A DNA stretch of 64,000 bases from Takakia lepidozioides (taxonomy: Eukaryota; Plantae; Bryophyta). The translations under genes and the position numbers were made by a program. The notes under the pieces are model-generated. The model did no database searches, was not told the DNA's origin, and worked only from the letters and a program-made list of their open reading frames with translations. Numbering within the stretch: position 1 is the first letter of the stretch; the number at the start of each line of letters is the position of its first letter. The stretch covers positions 12,896,001-12,960,000 of the forward strand of contig CM060731.1 of the NCBI GenBank assembly GCA_030704615.1, given 5' to 3'. Shown in pieces: positions 24,195 to 37,892 of the stretch.

Positions 24195-24929
24195 GTTGAC
24201 AAACTGTCACTCAACCGGTCATGAACATGTCCCTAACCCCCTTTCCACAAGGTAACCGGGTAGAAAACCTGTTGCGGCTTATGGTTTGGAATACTAGGTT
24301 CCTAACATAGCCTAAACCTATACCTGCATCCACCGCAAACACTTCTATGGTTGGCTGGTCATCACCTCCAACCTCACCATAAGAGAAACAATGATGGTCT
24401 GACTGGTCATCATCCTAGCCTCACCATCGACAACATGCTCTAGGACTGGCCGGTGATCAAATCCGGACCAATCACCTATAAAAACAAGCGCCCACACAAA
24501 ACTAACATGGCGCACAGTCAAGCATGCAGGTATGGAGGGGATCCAAACACAAGAAATCAGAACGACAACTCCCCCATACCAAAAACAACTCCACGGTGTT
24601 GCTCCTGCAAGGACACCCCAGCCCAAACCCGGACTTAATCTTGCCTCCACCTACGGAAAGGTCTTGGCCTAATGAGAGGGTGGAAACTACGAGGAAGAGA
24701 AGCTAAAGCAATGCCTAACCCCAGCATGCCCTCATCCGAACACTCTTCCTCCCCTCTCTTCCCTCACTTGCATGACCATAGGAATATCACGAAGATACTC
24801 CTCAAACCGCCCTCCACGAGTTTCAAAATTCGGCCTTCAAGACCACATACCAGTCTTTAGGCAGTCCACCAATGCCTCCACGAGTCAGCACAGGCCGTCC
24901 ACAGGTCAACACGGGCCATCACAAACCAG

Positions 24930-25490
24930 CACACAGATCACTGGTCACAGCCGTCACAGCCCCGCACAGGCCACAGCCTAACACAGCCCTACACAGGTCA
25001 CATGATCACAGCCCCATAGGCCGTAGCCTGTCACAGCCCCCACGGCCACAGGTCACAGCCTGCTACAGCCTATCACAACCCCAAAGGCCACAGGCACAGC
25101 CTGTCACAGCCCTACAAAGGTCACAGCCCCAAATGCCACAGCCTATCACAGCCCCTCACAGCCCCATAGGCCACAGGGCACATCCTCTCACAGCCCCTCA
25201 CAGCCCCACAGGCCACAGGGCACAGCCCGCCACAGCCCGTCACAGCCTGTCACAGCCCCACAGCCCACATGGCACAGCCTGTCACAGCCCTACACAGGTC
25301 ACAGGGGTCACAGCCTCAAAGGCCACAGCCTGTCACAGCCCGTCACAGCCCTACAAGCCACAGGGCACAGCCTGTCACAGCCCCTCACAGCCCCACAGGC
25401 CACTGGGCACAGCCCGCCACAGCCTGTCACAGCCCCTCACAGCCCATCACAGCCCGTCACAGCCCGTCACAGCCCGTCACAGCCCCACTC
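24930..25490. repeat. CACAGCC-based minisatellite (~10-bp unit)
   Basis: Dozens of GTCACAGCCC/CACAGCCT variants in tandem. Confidence 0.9.
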
Positions 25491-25984
25491 ATGACAGTTT
25501 AGCCATTTCTCCAAGAGGTTTAGCCATGCCAAGCTAGGGTTTGTGTCTCTTGGACTCTAGGCTTCTTTGCACTGAGCTATGGCGACTGTGAAGAAATCAG
25601 AAAGGTATTCTTGCTCTTTCGGCTCCCACACACCACCAATAAGTAGTCCTAAGCCACGAGGAAGATGGTTGCTACAAACCAAGTCTTCTTTCTCACTTAG
25701 ACTCCCCAAACACGCCACTAAACTCAATAGCAAACAACCAAGCCTTGCTGGTTTCCAATCCTTGTGAGCACTCATTCATGCGTTTTCCTTGGCCATAACA
25801 TCTGTCTTAGAGCCTATTCCAGCCCCCTACACCTGCCACTTCAAGACCCATGCTCTATCTAGGCTTGAGGTTGAAACCCCACCTCACATATGCCCTACAA
25901 GTGCTTTTCTTTCACCCAAGTGGGAACCAGCCCTAGCCCTTCCATTCTAGCTCTCTAAAGCTTAAACAAAAGCCCAATGGACTG

Positions 25985-26310
25985 AAGAGATGCTCCACAC
26001 ATGCCCCACTCTCACCACAAGAGAATCAGCCCCTTTGCTTCATTTCTTGCACCCACCAACCTGAAAATACATGCTTCAGCGGGCTGGAAGCATGCTCCAC
26101 ACATGCCCTACAGGGAAACCAACCCCTTCATTTCTGTCTTGCACTCCCAAACCTGAAAGTACAAGCCTTCAACAGGCTGAAAGCATGCTCCACACATGCA
26201 TTGCTCTCACATAAGGGAAGTCAGCCCTTCCCTCTTCCTTGCTTGCCCTCCAACTTGAAGATGAAAGCTTCAATGAGCTGAATACATGCTCCACACATGC
26301 AACCTCTTCA
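25985..26310. repeat. About 4 degenerate ~100-bp tandem units containing ATGCTCCACACATGC
   Basis: Motif at ~25990, 26091, 26184 and 26286. Confidence 0.75.
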
Positions 26311-26923
26311 CACAAGAGATATCAGGCCCCTATCTTGGCTCCTTGGGGTATTCGAAGTGTGGTGCAACATGAGAAACTGAAGGGTTCTTACTTTGGACTA
26401 ATTCAAAGAAGTTCACACTTCTTTTTATTTTTAATATTTAATTTGATATAATATGGTTGTGTGAAAGATCAGAAATTTGTGTCTGGTAAAATGCATTTTT
26501 CTCAAAGTTGTCTATCATAGTGAAAGTCGAAAAACAAAAAATTAACCAATACTCTCAATATAATTTGATGAGGATGTCCAACTCCAAAACTAGAATTTCG
26601 GAAGATAATTTTGAACAAATATGGAGACATCTCTCATTCTACAGGCTACTAATCATGACTACATGTACACCTTATGACAATGTTGTTGAGCTTTGCATGC
26701 TCTTAACCTTATGGCCTCTAAAAACAAGCAAAATAAGCAAAATTGGGTGTTTGCGCATAACCAAGATGATCTTAGGCTCAGTGCTTCAACAGTCAATTAG
26801 CTCTTCCAGCAGTGCATAGGGCTCTCTAAATTATTTCAACGTTGATCTAACTGTAATTAACTTTTTTTATCTTATAGTTACTTTTATTGGATATTACTGA
26901 CTATTGTCAAGGAAAAATGACTC

Positions 26924-29900
26924 TTATTTACGCTGCCTTCGGCTAGTCTTATCTCTCCTCTGACTGTTTGCAGCTCTCCCATGCAGATTTCTATGACTGC
27001 TATGGTCTGTACAGGCCTCCCTCACCAAAATGTCAGACTTGCTTGCTGGTGGCAGCATGCCTCCAAAACATTTTGAACTGGGCGGTAGCCCACTTAAATC
27101 ACATTGGAAAACACCTGTGGCCACAAAACAACATCTTGTGAAAGGATCCTTCATGTTTAATTGATTCTCATCAGTTCTTATCAAAAGAAGCATTACAGCT
27201 TTTCGAACTGAGTACTCTCTCAACAGCCCTGCTACTGGCTGACCCTCCCTAAATTGCTATTTGGCCCATGATGATTTGAGGGTTGAGAAACTATGTGAAA
27301 TTACCTGCACCGTAAACACCTGGCCTTCGCTTTGCGTTGGTTGTCCCTGGTGTGAGGCGAGTCCTGTTGGAGCACAAGCATCTTGTTTAAAGTTTCTTGC
27401 TCCCGAATAGAAATTGTGTTCTTCATGGTTTGCGTGGCATGTGGATCCTTGGCAAGCACATTCATCACCTGCAATGAGATCAACTTTGCAATTATTTACC
27501 TTAAATCATTGTTCTGACCTATCACACCGTTCAGAGACTATTGTGGGAGTGCTGCAGGCTCGAAGTTTGGAAAGACGGGTTGACACCCATTTCACCACCC
27601 CTAATCTCTTGATCGTCTGTCAGATGACCATAGGATGGAAGTGCACTTCAGGTACTGGCCACTTGTGATCTGAATCCCAGCTGGCTGCAAGGAAGGACTG
27701 TAAGGCCAAACACAAGTTAAACTACAAGTGCCAAGGGGAATATTCAGGATGATTGAGCATGGGTGTTGTGTGTGAGAGAAGAAAATGAGGGACAATATTA
27801 CGTCCATGGGAGGCCCAGCCCCATGGGCAACAGTGAGATGACTCCTGTGCTATTGCATGGACGGGTTGCTAGAACTGGGAGAACCTGTTCTTTGTTGACC
27901 ACCAAGGTGACAACATGGGTCTTAGCTCGAATGGATGCATTTCGGCGAGGCACCTCACCCCATCTTGTATGTAAGAACAGAGCCATCTCTCCTGCAACAT
28001 TTAATGCAGTTAAAAAATGACACACCAATGGAAAGAAGAAAACCCTGAGCTCAAATGTAGGTATGACTGTGTTAAGGTACATAAATCACTTTGGTGAAAA
28101 AGCAATCACCCATATCAGCTTCATTTTATTCCTGATGCACATGTAATGTGTAATCCTTGAATTTTACTGAAGATCAATTCCTCATGTAAATTTTGATACC
28201 AATCTGTGGATAAGCAGCATAGCACAACTGTCATGCCCACTTCCTAGAGGAAAGCTCCATAAACCATGTGAAAGGCAAGCGTGTGAAGGGTACACTGAAG
28301 GAAGTTCAGTATGATCTTACCTACAAACTGGCCTGGCCCTCTTTCAGCAATTGCATACTCCACTTTCTCTCCACTCAGTTCCGCGATCGTGCTGGACTCT
28401 ACCAGCACCTCACATTTTCCACTGTTAATGAAAAACATCTCGTGGCCTTCCTCTCCCTGCTAGTCCTACAAGCCCAGACTTGGTATGAGGCAGTTGACCA
28501 TGACTAAAATTGGTGAGCTTCCAGAGCTGTTGTAAGGAAATAATCATTGTAGAGATGTAGACAGAGAGAGAATGTTGTGCTCATTAGACATTTCACAAGA
28601 TCCATAGGAGACCAGAGAGTCTATGAGACTGAGGAAAGTAGAACTACAAGAGAAAGAAAGAAAGAAAAATCCTTTATATTTGGTGCAACCGAGCCTCTAG
28701 AACAATGATTTTTCTTCCTCATACAAAGCAAAAATTCTGAGGGAGGCTCAAAGGACCCAAGGAAGTAGAAGAACAAGAAAGCACAGAGAGAGAGAGAGAG
28801 AAGAAAGAAAGAAAGAACTTTATAATGTCCATAGTCCATAGACCCCCAAAGTGCTTATGGGACGAGCGTGTGGAACAAGAAGAGACATTTGGCCTGACGG
28901 TGCAATATAAGTAATAGAAACACACTTGAATAAAGAGGGAGATTGGGTGTGAGTGCTGGAGTTTTGTAGTTTGCAACTCGACTGTGCAAGCTTAGATTGG
29001 TGGGAATTGAACTGTCTCCTAGCTGCTTCAAATGCTCTGTATGAAGGTGGATTAAGGACAAAAGCACAGCAAAAGTAACCTGCCGGATGATGTAGTCACC
29101 CCTCTCGTAGTGGCGTTCCTCCACACCCACATTGAACAGCATCTCTAAGCCCAAGCTGTTGCTGGTATAAGCTGCATTCACCTCATCATCTGATACTAAC
29201 ATGGGTACACCTGTCATCAAGGGCCCCATTGTGAAGGGAGCAAGTGGCTCCATTCCACCAGATGAAACCCATGCGTGCTGCATGATGGCCGAGAGCGAGA
29301 TCCGCATGTCAGGATCTTTGGTTAAAATTAGCACCTGCAAGCAGCGTCCATTTCCCTCATCCTTGTTTACCACCAAATCTTCGATGCAGCACAACAGAAT
29401 TGCTAATAAAACAGCAAGTAAAAAATGAACAGTGAAATATCTCCTTTTGTTGTAGGTCTCACTCAGTATACAAAGAAAGAAAGAACGTGTTACCAGTAAT
29501 GCCTTAAGCTCCTTGGATACTTTGTGCTCCATTGGGAAAACAAGCTGCAATTCCCTAGATACACATCCACACCAGGTTATTTCCTCCATTCAAAATACCA
29601 AAGCTACTCTGTCTGTCCCTCTCTCCTTCCTCCTCCCCTGCATTATTCCTCTCCCCCTCTGTGGGTAGAGGAGACTAACTGCCTTGGAAAAACAACAATG
29701 TGAAAAACCTACATGCTTCAAAGCTCAGTTGCTTTCATGGACCCTTCGCGAATAACTGAAAATTTGTGAACAGTAATCAGGTACTGTAAATAGAATTTTG
29801 TGCCAGTATGTGGGCTCTTAGAATAAGTGCCCCTTATCAGACTGTCGTTTCTGTACTGAGAAAGCATGAAGGAGAGGTAATGCGTAAAGCTTAAACACCT

Positions 29901-32830
29901 CCTTGTGTATAATATCATGGTACATCTCTGGGATGCTTTTTGCTGGAAAGGGAATGGCCGCAAACACCAGCACATACAAGCACACCTACAGATCCAGTCA
30001 TTACACCTGTGAGAGAGAGAAGAAAAAAATAACATCCACGAAGAGGCCATGTGATAAAGAGCATCCAGAAAACCCTAGCCTGATGGGGGGAGAGAGAGAG
30101 GGGCAATGGGCAGGGGGCTGGGGAGAGGATGTAAGGGAAAGATAGACAAGAAAGAATGGAGGATGACAGTAGGGGAAAATTTACTTCAGTGCACACATAT
30201 CAAACATATCAAAACAGGGGCAGAGGGAGGGACGCATACTCCAAGTGCCCAGATATCCACAGGGCGGCCCTGGTATGAACCCTCACTGCAGACCTCAGGT
30301 GCAAGAAAGGCAGGAGTGCCAGCGGTGGAGGTTATTGCATCTGACTGGCCCAACCATAGGAAACCGTGGGAATGTCAGGCAGGAGAGAGGGAAGGGGCAG
30401 GAAAGCAAGCCGAGCTCATGTTCCCATGTCATGTAGGTTGTTCCCGTTGTTACAAAGTTGGCAAGGGAAGACAAACAAATGCAAAAAATTGCAAATGATT
30501 GATTTAGAACTGGGCTGTCAGTTGGGAGGATGGGTTTCAGAGATCTTCTTTGCTGAAGTGATTATGATGTTTTGTTCAGTAGAACTAGTGGAAGTGAATT
30601 AAGATCCGCGTCTGAATTTTGGAAATAGCTCGAAAGAACACCCCTTTGACTTAACAGCAGAGGCACCTTCTCAAACATCTGGGAAACACCAAAATCGCTG
30701 ATCTTAATCTTTCCATCTGCTCCCTGCAGCAGGTTCTGGGGCTTGAGGTCTCTGTGCAAAATCTGCCGAATAGATGTCACTTCAGCCATCTGTCAGAGGG
30801 AATTGACATCTTAACAGTTTCAAGATATTTAATAAAAAAGTTGTAGCTTAATGCACAGGATCAAAAAAACGTTGATGGACAGCTCACGGGCAGACTTGAC
30901 CGCAGAGCAGCTTGACGTATGTCATGGAATGCTCATGATGAGGTCAGGGAGATGGACATGGAACATGAAGGAAACAAGGTAGCATGAACTTATTTATTAT
31001 CTGGCTGCCGCCGTGGAATATCCAAATTGTAGACCTTGTGGTAGTGGAGGTAGTCAAGGCCTTGGCAGATATCGCGGAAGTGCTGGCGGGCTGAGTGTTC
31101 AGGGATTGCAATCCATTGATCTGTGTGCCCCATGATAGGTCCTCCCTCAACATACTCCAGCACCAGGTAGAGCTTCTTCTGGTTTTCATCATCTATTACC
31201 TGTATTTCACGTGGTCACCAGACGTACTTAGATCCCAACCACTCTGAGAGCATAATTGCATCAGTTGCAGCTCATTCTCAGTAGATAGATGCACCAGTCC
31301 ATCTTGGGTCAACTCAAAACCAACCCAGAGCTTTTAAAATGGATTCAGTGTATTGAACTTGGGTCAGGGTCTCCATCCATTATCAACTCTGCACTGTGAT
31401 ATTGTCTTACAAATAATAAGCTTCCCATGTACAAATTAAGTGAATCAATGATTGTAGAAAGGGAAACACTTTAGAATCCCAGGAATCATGAGCTATTCCA
31501 GCTTTCTCCCAGATCTGCTTTGTTACATTCCACACATTAAACTTACACATGGCATTTCCAGCAGATTTGTTCCCATTGCACACACCAGTGGAAAATCTTT
31601 CAGCCTTAACTACCCAGGTTGGTTTTTTTGACATGAAGCAAAGCACAAGTTCCCTTCTTATCTCTCAGAGCATCATCAATCCTGCGACTATCTCTTAATT
31701 CTGCACTCAAGCAACCTTCTAACAAGACTATTTGCCATGCTATGGCAATCTTGGGTTCAATTTTAGTTGCCATGCTTACAAGTCATACACATATGCTGTA
31801 ATACGTCACCTCATGCAACGCAACAATGTTTGGGTGGTTTAGCTTCTTCAAGATGGCGATCTCACGCATGCAGTCCTGCCAAGCCCACAGTATGGAGACA
31901 AAAATTAGAGGCAAGCTTAGTTTATGTCAAAAAACCATTTCGAGTTTAACTCTTTCTTCAGTCACACAAGGTTACCTCGAGAAAGTTATTGTTGGTTTCA
32001 CCGGGGATCCAATGGGGCATAAGCCAATGGCGATCTACTATTTTGATTGCATAGAGCTTGCAGTCCTGTGCATTGAGGCACAGCTTGACCTGCAGCACCA
32101 CCCCTCCCCCCCCCCCCCAACACATGCCTTTCTATCATTTCCTCCTCATAATAATTGTCTTAGTTAGCTTCCTGAAATACACATCATGTCTCTACTCTAA
32201 AACATGAGGAGCGAGGAGATTTTCCTGGTCACAGAATGACTACAACAAACAGGCCAAGCACAACGCTCTTGTTCAATAATATCCTAGATCTACCGCTGGT
32301 CTCGGTATCTCTCTCGTTGACTTATGACAGAGGGTATGGAGTCTGACCTTTCCATACGTCCCATGGCCAAGCACCTTGATGACAATGTACTGGTTGACGT
32401 ATCTGCTCCCCACACCCCGCCATGTTCACCGTAAGTGATTGGAGATCCACGAGAGCAATCAGAGTGACGGAACTTCAATTCAGCTGGGCACTCCAAACTT
32501 TCGTGATAGGTCTACTTCTTAAAATTTGCAAACGGGCTCTCAATGTCATAGCTGATCCATGGTATATTCAAGATCTCCATGAACAATGAATTCATACTTA
32601 ATGCCGGCGGAGTCGGTACTCCGAAACAGTCGATGGCTTGTGTGTAGCTTGCGAGGGCTAGTGCCACGGAAGGGATCCGGGACCAGTTCTACCCGAGGGG
32701 TCTCCAGCCCTGCAAAATGCTCTGCCAAAATGGGGTCCTGAGCCATGCGTTCCTCTACTGTCACAGAGACTTTGGGCCTTTGCAGTTTTTGTCCGGTGCC
32801 CATCTGGGCTGCTCGGCTGGGCTCTGCCAT
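26924..32830 (-). CDS. Ser/Thr kinase of CaMKK/GRIK (SnAK) type with a C-terminal cyclic-nucleotide-binding domain, multi-exon
   Basis: Exons give [86 protein letters not shown]. These are followed by [27 protein letters not shown]...GQFVGEMAL...RRNASIRA. Confidence 0.88.
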
Positions 32831-34585
32831 AGCTGTGCTCCAACAACCCAGGTCCTCCTTCGCCGATCAAGATGCAAATGATTGCAGTATATTGGCTGCC
32901 TCTGTGGATCCAGGACACCTATACAATTAGATTCGCAATACTCCCTAAAGAAACTCTTTTTCAATAGTATCTTTGAATGAAACAACATGAGTGTTCGGAA
33001 AACATCGTACCAGTTTACTTGCTTATGAAAAAGCAATGAGCGAGCCATCTTCTACCACAGAATCCAGCAGCCTTTGCTCCTCCAGCGCCAACTCGTCATT
33101 CAAACCGCCATGGCAGCCGTCTAATCAGAACAGCCTTCACGGTCGGTTGGGCAAGGAATGTTTATCACATCCCTCTTTTGCTGGACTTTATAGCAAGGGC
33201 GATGTTCAGACTGACAGACCAATCGAAACCCTAGCTTAGAGTACTACTCCCAAATTGCTCATGCACAAACGAGCTTCTATATCATCTGTTCCAAGTATAC
33301 ACTCTACATACACTACAGTACTTAACTCTCTCGACATGTGAGTCTCAACTGTTTCGAAGGTTTTGGGCTGTGACAATACCATTCCTTGAAGAGATTTCGG
33401 CCTTGAGGAGTAGTCCATCTCTTACAATTTCCCACTGAAAATGCTGCCTAAGAACTCCCGTGAGGACATCAGACATGTGCCAGGAGAAAGAGAAGGAAAG
33501 GGAAGGCAACTGTGTTTCACAACTAACGGTATTGCATGGGTAACGGTCAGGTTTACAGTTCACAGGACCTATTTCATACATCCACCATGTTATGTTCTTC
33601 ATACAATGTAGTGGCTCCCAGGCGTGTGTAGTAAGACGAACCTATAATTCTAGCGACGACTGAAGGTTGGAAGCCAGTTTAGCGTAGAGCAGGAATAGGG
33701 TGCCATCGTCATCTTCGCCATGTCATCATCACCATGTTTCGTCGTCAAATGTTTTATATCTGCCCGGACTGCCCAAAAGTAATTGTCTCGGAAGGGATTG
33801 CCCCGCGTGCTCGAGCGCGGAGGGGTTTCACACGCCGATTGCGGGTGGATACGTTTGCAGATTATGAGTTACACCGGAGGAGCTCTCACAGCTGGAATTT
33901 GCATCATGGTGGGTCAACCGCAATAGCAAGGTGTGGCTTTTTCTTAACACGATGGGGTGAAATGGAAGTCCCTAGGATTGTAGCACCTATGTTATGGAGA
34001 GTAGGCCCATGTCAGCAAAAACAAACCAGCGCTACCACATGAGCGGCAGTGGGGCATGGGAACAATCGCTAGGAAGCAAAAATGAATGAACCGGATGAGG
34101 GCCACGGCGAGAAAGAGCAGATCGCGACAAAGCAGTTCCCTAACATTTCGGATTTTCAGGCAATAGTCCCTGGAAATCCTACTTTCACGGAAAGGCTCCA
34201 CATAAGCACCACGTCATATGGCCTTCTCGTTGTCGTTCCTCCCGTGTGGTAGCTGAGGGTGTCAGAGCCATCAGCCAATCAGCAGGCCTTCAGTAGGTTG
34301 CGGGGACTTCCACTGCCGCTCGTGTGGTAAGGCCCTTAGTCTACGATGTGAAGAAGTCTGTCCATCCTGCAAATGTGGGCTCTTGGCTCCTGTCAGACGT
34401 ACTGTCATTTGGTATTCTTCCTTCCTAATGTTTACAACGTTCTTGGGAGAGTCAGCTTGGTCTTAGCAGGCCGTGTTTCAATCTCTGCCTGCTCAGCTGC
34501 ACCGTGTTGGTTCTCATATATATGTGGCTACATCTTCTGTCGCTAAGGTTTTTTTTCTGAATGGGTACTAAGCTTAGAACTTAAA

Positions 34586-36060
34586 GATGACACAAGACAG
34601 GAGTGACTGCGGCACGGTTTCCTACTGTGGTGGTGGTGGTGGTCACATTGTAGCCCATGGTGTGGTTGTTATCCTTGAGTGCAGGTTGTGGCTTCAGAAA
34701 ATTCGGTGAGTGGCAACAGTTGTTGATAGTGGTGTATAGACTTCATGTATACCCTCCCTGCCATCAGATGCTTTGCAGATGATTTGGTTTAAGGTGGAGG
34801 CATTCGTGCATGAATGAATGAATCATGCTACACTAGCAGAGCTGCACTCTTCTTTTCTGTTCAATGTGACTTTCAGGTCTCCTCAGCCTGGCCAGATGAA
34901 CTACCGGGGAGGGGGAAATGGGTAGGGGGGCATTGATGGTTAAGTCGTGGACAAGTAAGTCCGCCAACTGCGGGGCAGTGGATCTGCCTGATTGGGTGCG
35001 GCTGGTGGCCAATCAAGGGAGGCCTGTGGATTGTTTTGACTCGGCCCTTGTGGGTATTAACAGAGACCAGGACCCTGCAAAGGAATGCATGAGGTGCTCA
35101 CCATCGGACTTTCCTGCATGGTTCCTCAAGCAGCCAGACCGAACATCCAATTTGTGTGTGAGCAGTTTGCTGCTGTCTTGCCTAACTGACCTTTTTACAA
35201 AATTCACATATACATCAAAACGGGAATGTGGAGGCTGGAAAAGTAAAGGACTCTGCACTTGCTCCTCGCCCTTGAATACCTAGGGGTATGCTTCTCCACT
35301 GACCGGAGAGAGCACTGTGCCATTGAAAAGCCAGTGTGGGCCATTGGCCCTATTCACAGAATAATGGATACATGATGACACCACCAAGTTCAGCTGGAAG
35401 GGGCCAGGTTGTCTTTTTCTTGGCTGAACTGAGAAGTATCCAGAGAGCACAAGGTTTTGAGTTGTGGGCTAGTATCTCAAGATTGTGCTCCTCTCCAGGT
35501 GACTTTCGGTTGCAACTCTGCTTGTGGGATGGCATTTGTGGACTTGAGCTGCATCGAAAGAGACATTATACCATGCCATGCTGGAAAGCCTTTCCTCATC
35601 TAAGTCTCTGGCAGCAGCTGCAAGCTCGAGCAATACTCCATTGTACTCACGACATTGTGTGGCCTCGTTGTAAATGTGATGTGTAGCTTGGGAAGGGGAG
35701 CGCACAAGGATTTAGGCTAGGGATAGAGTGTGGGTCCAGATTCATCCGAGAGGGCCGGACTTCAAGCTCCAGATTACCTATGATTCCCTGTGGATCAATA
35801 GCTACAAGAAACCTGCATGGGTAGATGGTCAACTAAAGGCAGCAGCTGTAGCAGCACAGTATGAACTTGATGCTGCCAAGAGTGGTTCAAACGCAGCCAA
35901 TAGGTCGTCTATGGATGTGGCAGGGTTTCCACCGTCGTTACTTGCATTCAGATCCGTGCGCAATAATCCCATATCGTGTATGATGGCAAGGGCTCATCAA
36001 ATAGCGAAAGAAACGAAGGGGCAAGAAGCTCAGAAATGGGAATTGGCTTTGCGGGAGTAG
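34586..36060 (+). pseudogene. Unidentified degenerate coding region
   Basis: Several protein-like ORF pieces (34918-35283, 35336-35686, 35728-36060) in shifting frames after a plausible first intron (~34707-34877); family not recognised. Confidence 0.3.
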
Positions 36061-36767
36061 CAGCTGAAGGTGTTGATGGAAGTGTTTCTGTTTCCAAAGC
36101 ATCAACAAGGTCCATAGAGTTGCATGAGACTCCACCCTGTACCACATTCATAGAACAGATAATGCGACAACAGTCATAGAGTTCATCGCCCCCATAGTAA
36201 CTTTATAAGTCTAATACACACTGGCCACACTGACAAATAATAACACTACTCTATGCTTTTGTTGAATTACAGGATGCGGGACAGGGCCTAATAGAACAGC
36301 TCTTTGTCAATCAATGGAAGCTACCATGGGAAACGCATGATGGATACAGATTGTAGGAAGTTCACATAATATTCGCTACATGGTTAGAGGAACAAAGCAT
36401 TGTCAATGTCAATGTCAATGTCCATGGCCTGGGTGCCCAGAAATCTGGTCCTTTTTTCGAAAGGATGTCTATATCCGCTGGAATAGATGGATTGATTTCT
36501 CCAAAGCACATTGTGGCGTAAGGCTTTCAACTCGGCATCCGGAGTTTCTCTAAGTAGTGTTAATTAAAGGTCTGTACCAGAGGGATGTCGGTCACACACT
36601 CGGATTGATATACAAGCCCTCTCCAATTCAAAATTCTGGTTGGATTCGTACAAGGATTTGATTTAACTGGAAAAATGTCGAACAAAAGGACACCAAGAAT
36701 CCTGACAGAACCACCCTAGTGAACAGCTTAATACAAACACTACCGGCCCAGACCCGAGGTGCTGACC

Positions 36768-37020
36768 TGAATGGGAGATCCTGTGTTGAGAACTCTTTGC
36801 CCACGTACAAGCCCGTCGGTGGTCTCCATAGCAATTGTGCGCACGGTGCTCTCTCCCAAATGCTGGGCTACCTCAAGCACAACTCTGATGTTGTCGTCCT
36901 GGACCTCTGGAGCAGCCAGAATAGGGGGAAGGGAAGACCCTTACCAAATTCAAGTCCACCACTGCTCCAATCACAGTGGAAATCTGTCCAATGCTCCCCA
37001 CGCCCGTGAACTCAGCAGAG
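36768..37020 (-). pseudogene. Mitochondrial ATP synthase beta subunit fragment (frameshifted)
   Basis: EFTGVGSIGQISTVIGAVVD, a frameshift, then [53 protein letters not shown] ending at a GT donor. No downstream exons were seen. Confidence 0.88.
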
Positions 37021-37892
37021 GTGCGCTCAGTTAACAGCCCAGCTGAGGCTCCTCGCAGCGCCCTTCCCTGTTGCCCCGCTAGAATACGTGGCGCCTCTGC
37101 ATTCGGCATCTGATTGAATGAACAGATTTCATCTTGAACAGGGTTCATCTGCAGCATTCGGATTTTTTATCACGAAGAAGAACGATGGGAGGTGTGAAGA
37201 GCAGAGGAAGACGGCACGGAGTTCTGGGTATGGTGGAGTAGCTTGGCACTTGTCTTTTGTGATTCCACGCAAGATGAGCGCCAATCTCACAGCGATTTTC
37301 CGTATCGCGTGATTTGCAAGCAAGTGAGTTAGAGGTTTCTTGAGTCTTTGATGTTTTGTTCGTTTTTGTGAATGATCGGAGTGGTTTATGTGAGTGAGGC
37401 GAACCCCTCGTCGATGGGTCTGTGTCTTTCTATGGACTAGCAGGTGGGTATGCCAAGAAAGGCTGCTTTGATGTTGATTGCGTGCAAACCCAACTCATTT
37501 CGTTCAGCTGACTGGTTGTTTGATTTTGTAGCATTCCACTCCATCACAGCCACGGGGTGACAAGCTATTGAGGTGAATGAGCGCATCCTGCGAGCCATTG
37601 AAGCGAATGGCTCGGGCAATTTGGGATGGAGGAGTGGATGTGCCTTAGGTTGATGTCAGGCCATCAGGTGAAGAGCTATGGGAGATTTGCTACAGCACCG
37701 ATATCCATGACAACGTTTGCGATATAGCACGCACCCGATTGCCTGGAACCAGTGGCTGAATTTGACCATTATGCTGATGCGTTTGTCCTGAATGTATCGG
37801 GAATTGACCTTTTCACAAACACTCTGGATGGAGGTGCATACGAAGAACAGATCCTTGCCATGTTGAGCCTCGGAGATATGTAGAAAAGGAAG

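Larger units (their letters stand above)
15602..24204 (-). mobile_element. Ty3/gypsy LTR retrotransposon carrying a DNMT3-like methyltransferase and a PHD finger (decayed)
   Basis: Domain order: gag (CCHC knuckles), PR (VLLDSGA), C5-MTase, RT (YIDD), RNase H (TDWS, TDHQPL), integrase (HHCC, D-D-E), PHD. RT-RH-INT order is Ty3/gypsy. The element boundaries are uncertain. Confidence 0.93.

Noticed and set aside
24872-25537. 221-aa Pro/His/Ser-rich ORF as a real protein
   Set aside because: It is simply the translation of the CACAGCC minisatellite
26924-32830. Calling the kinase PKA or PKG
   Set aside because: The kinase motifs ([20 protein letters not shown]) are CaMKK/GRIK-like and the single cNMP domain is C-terminal
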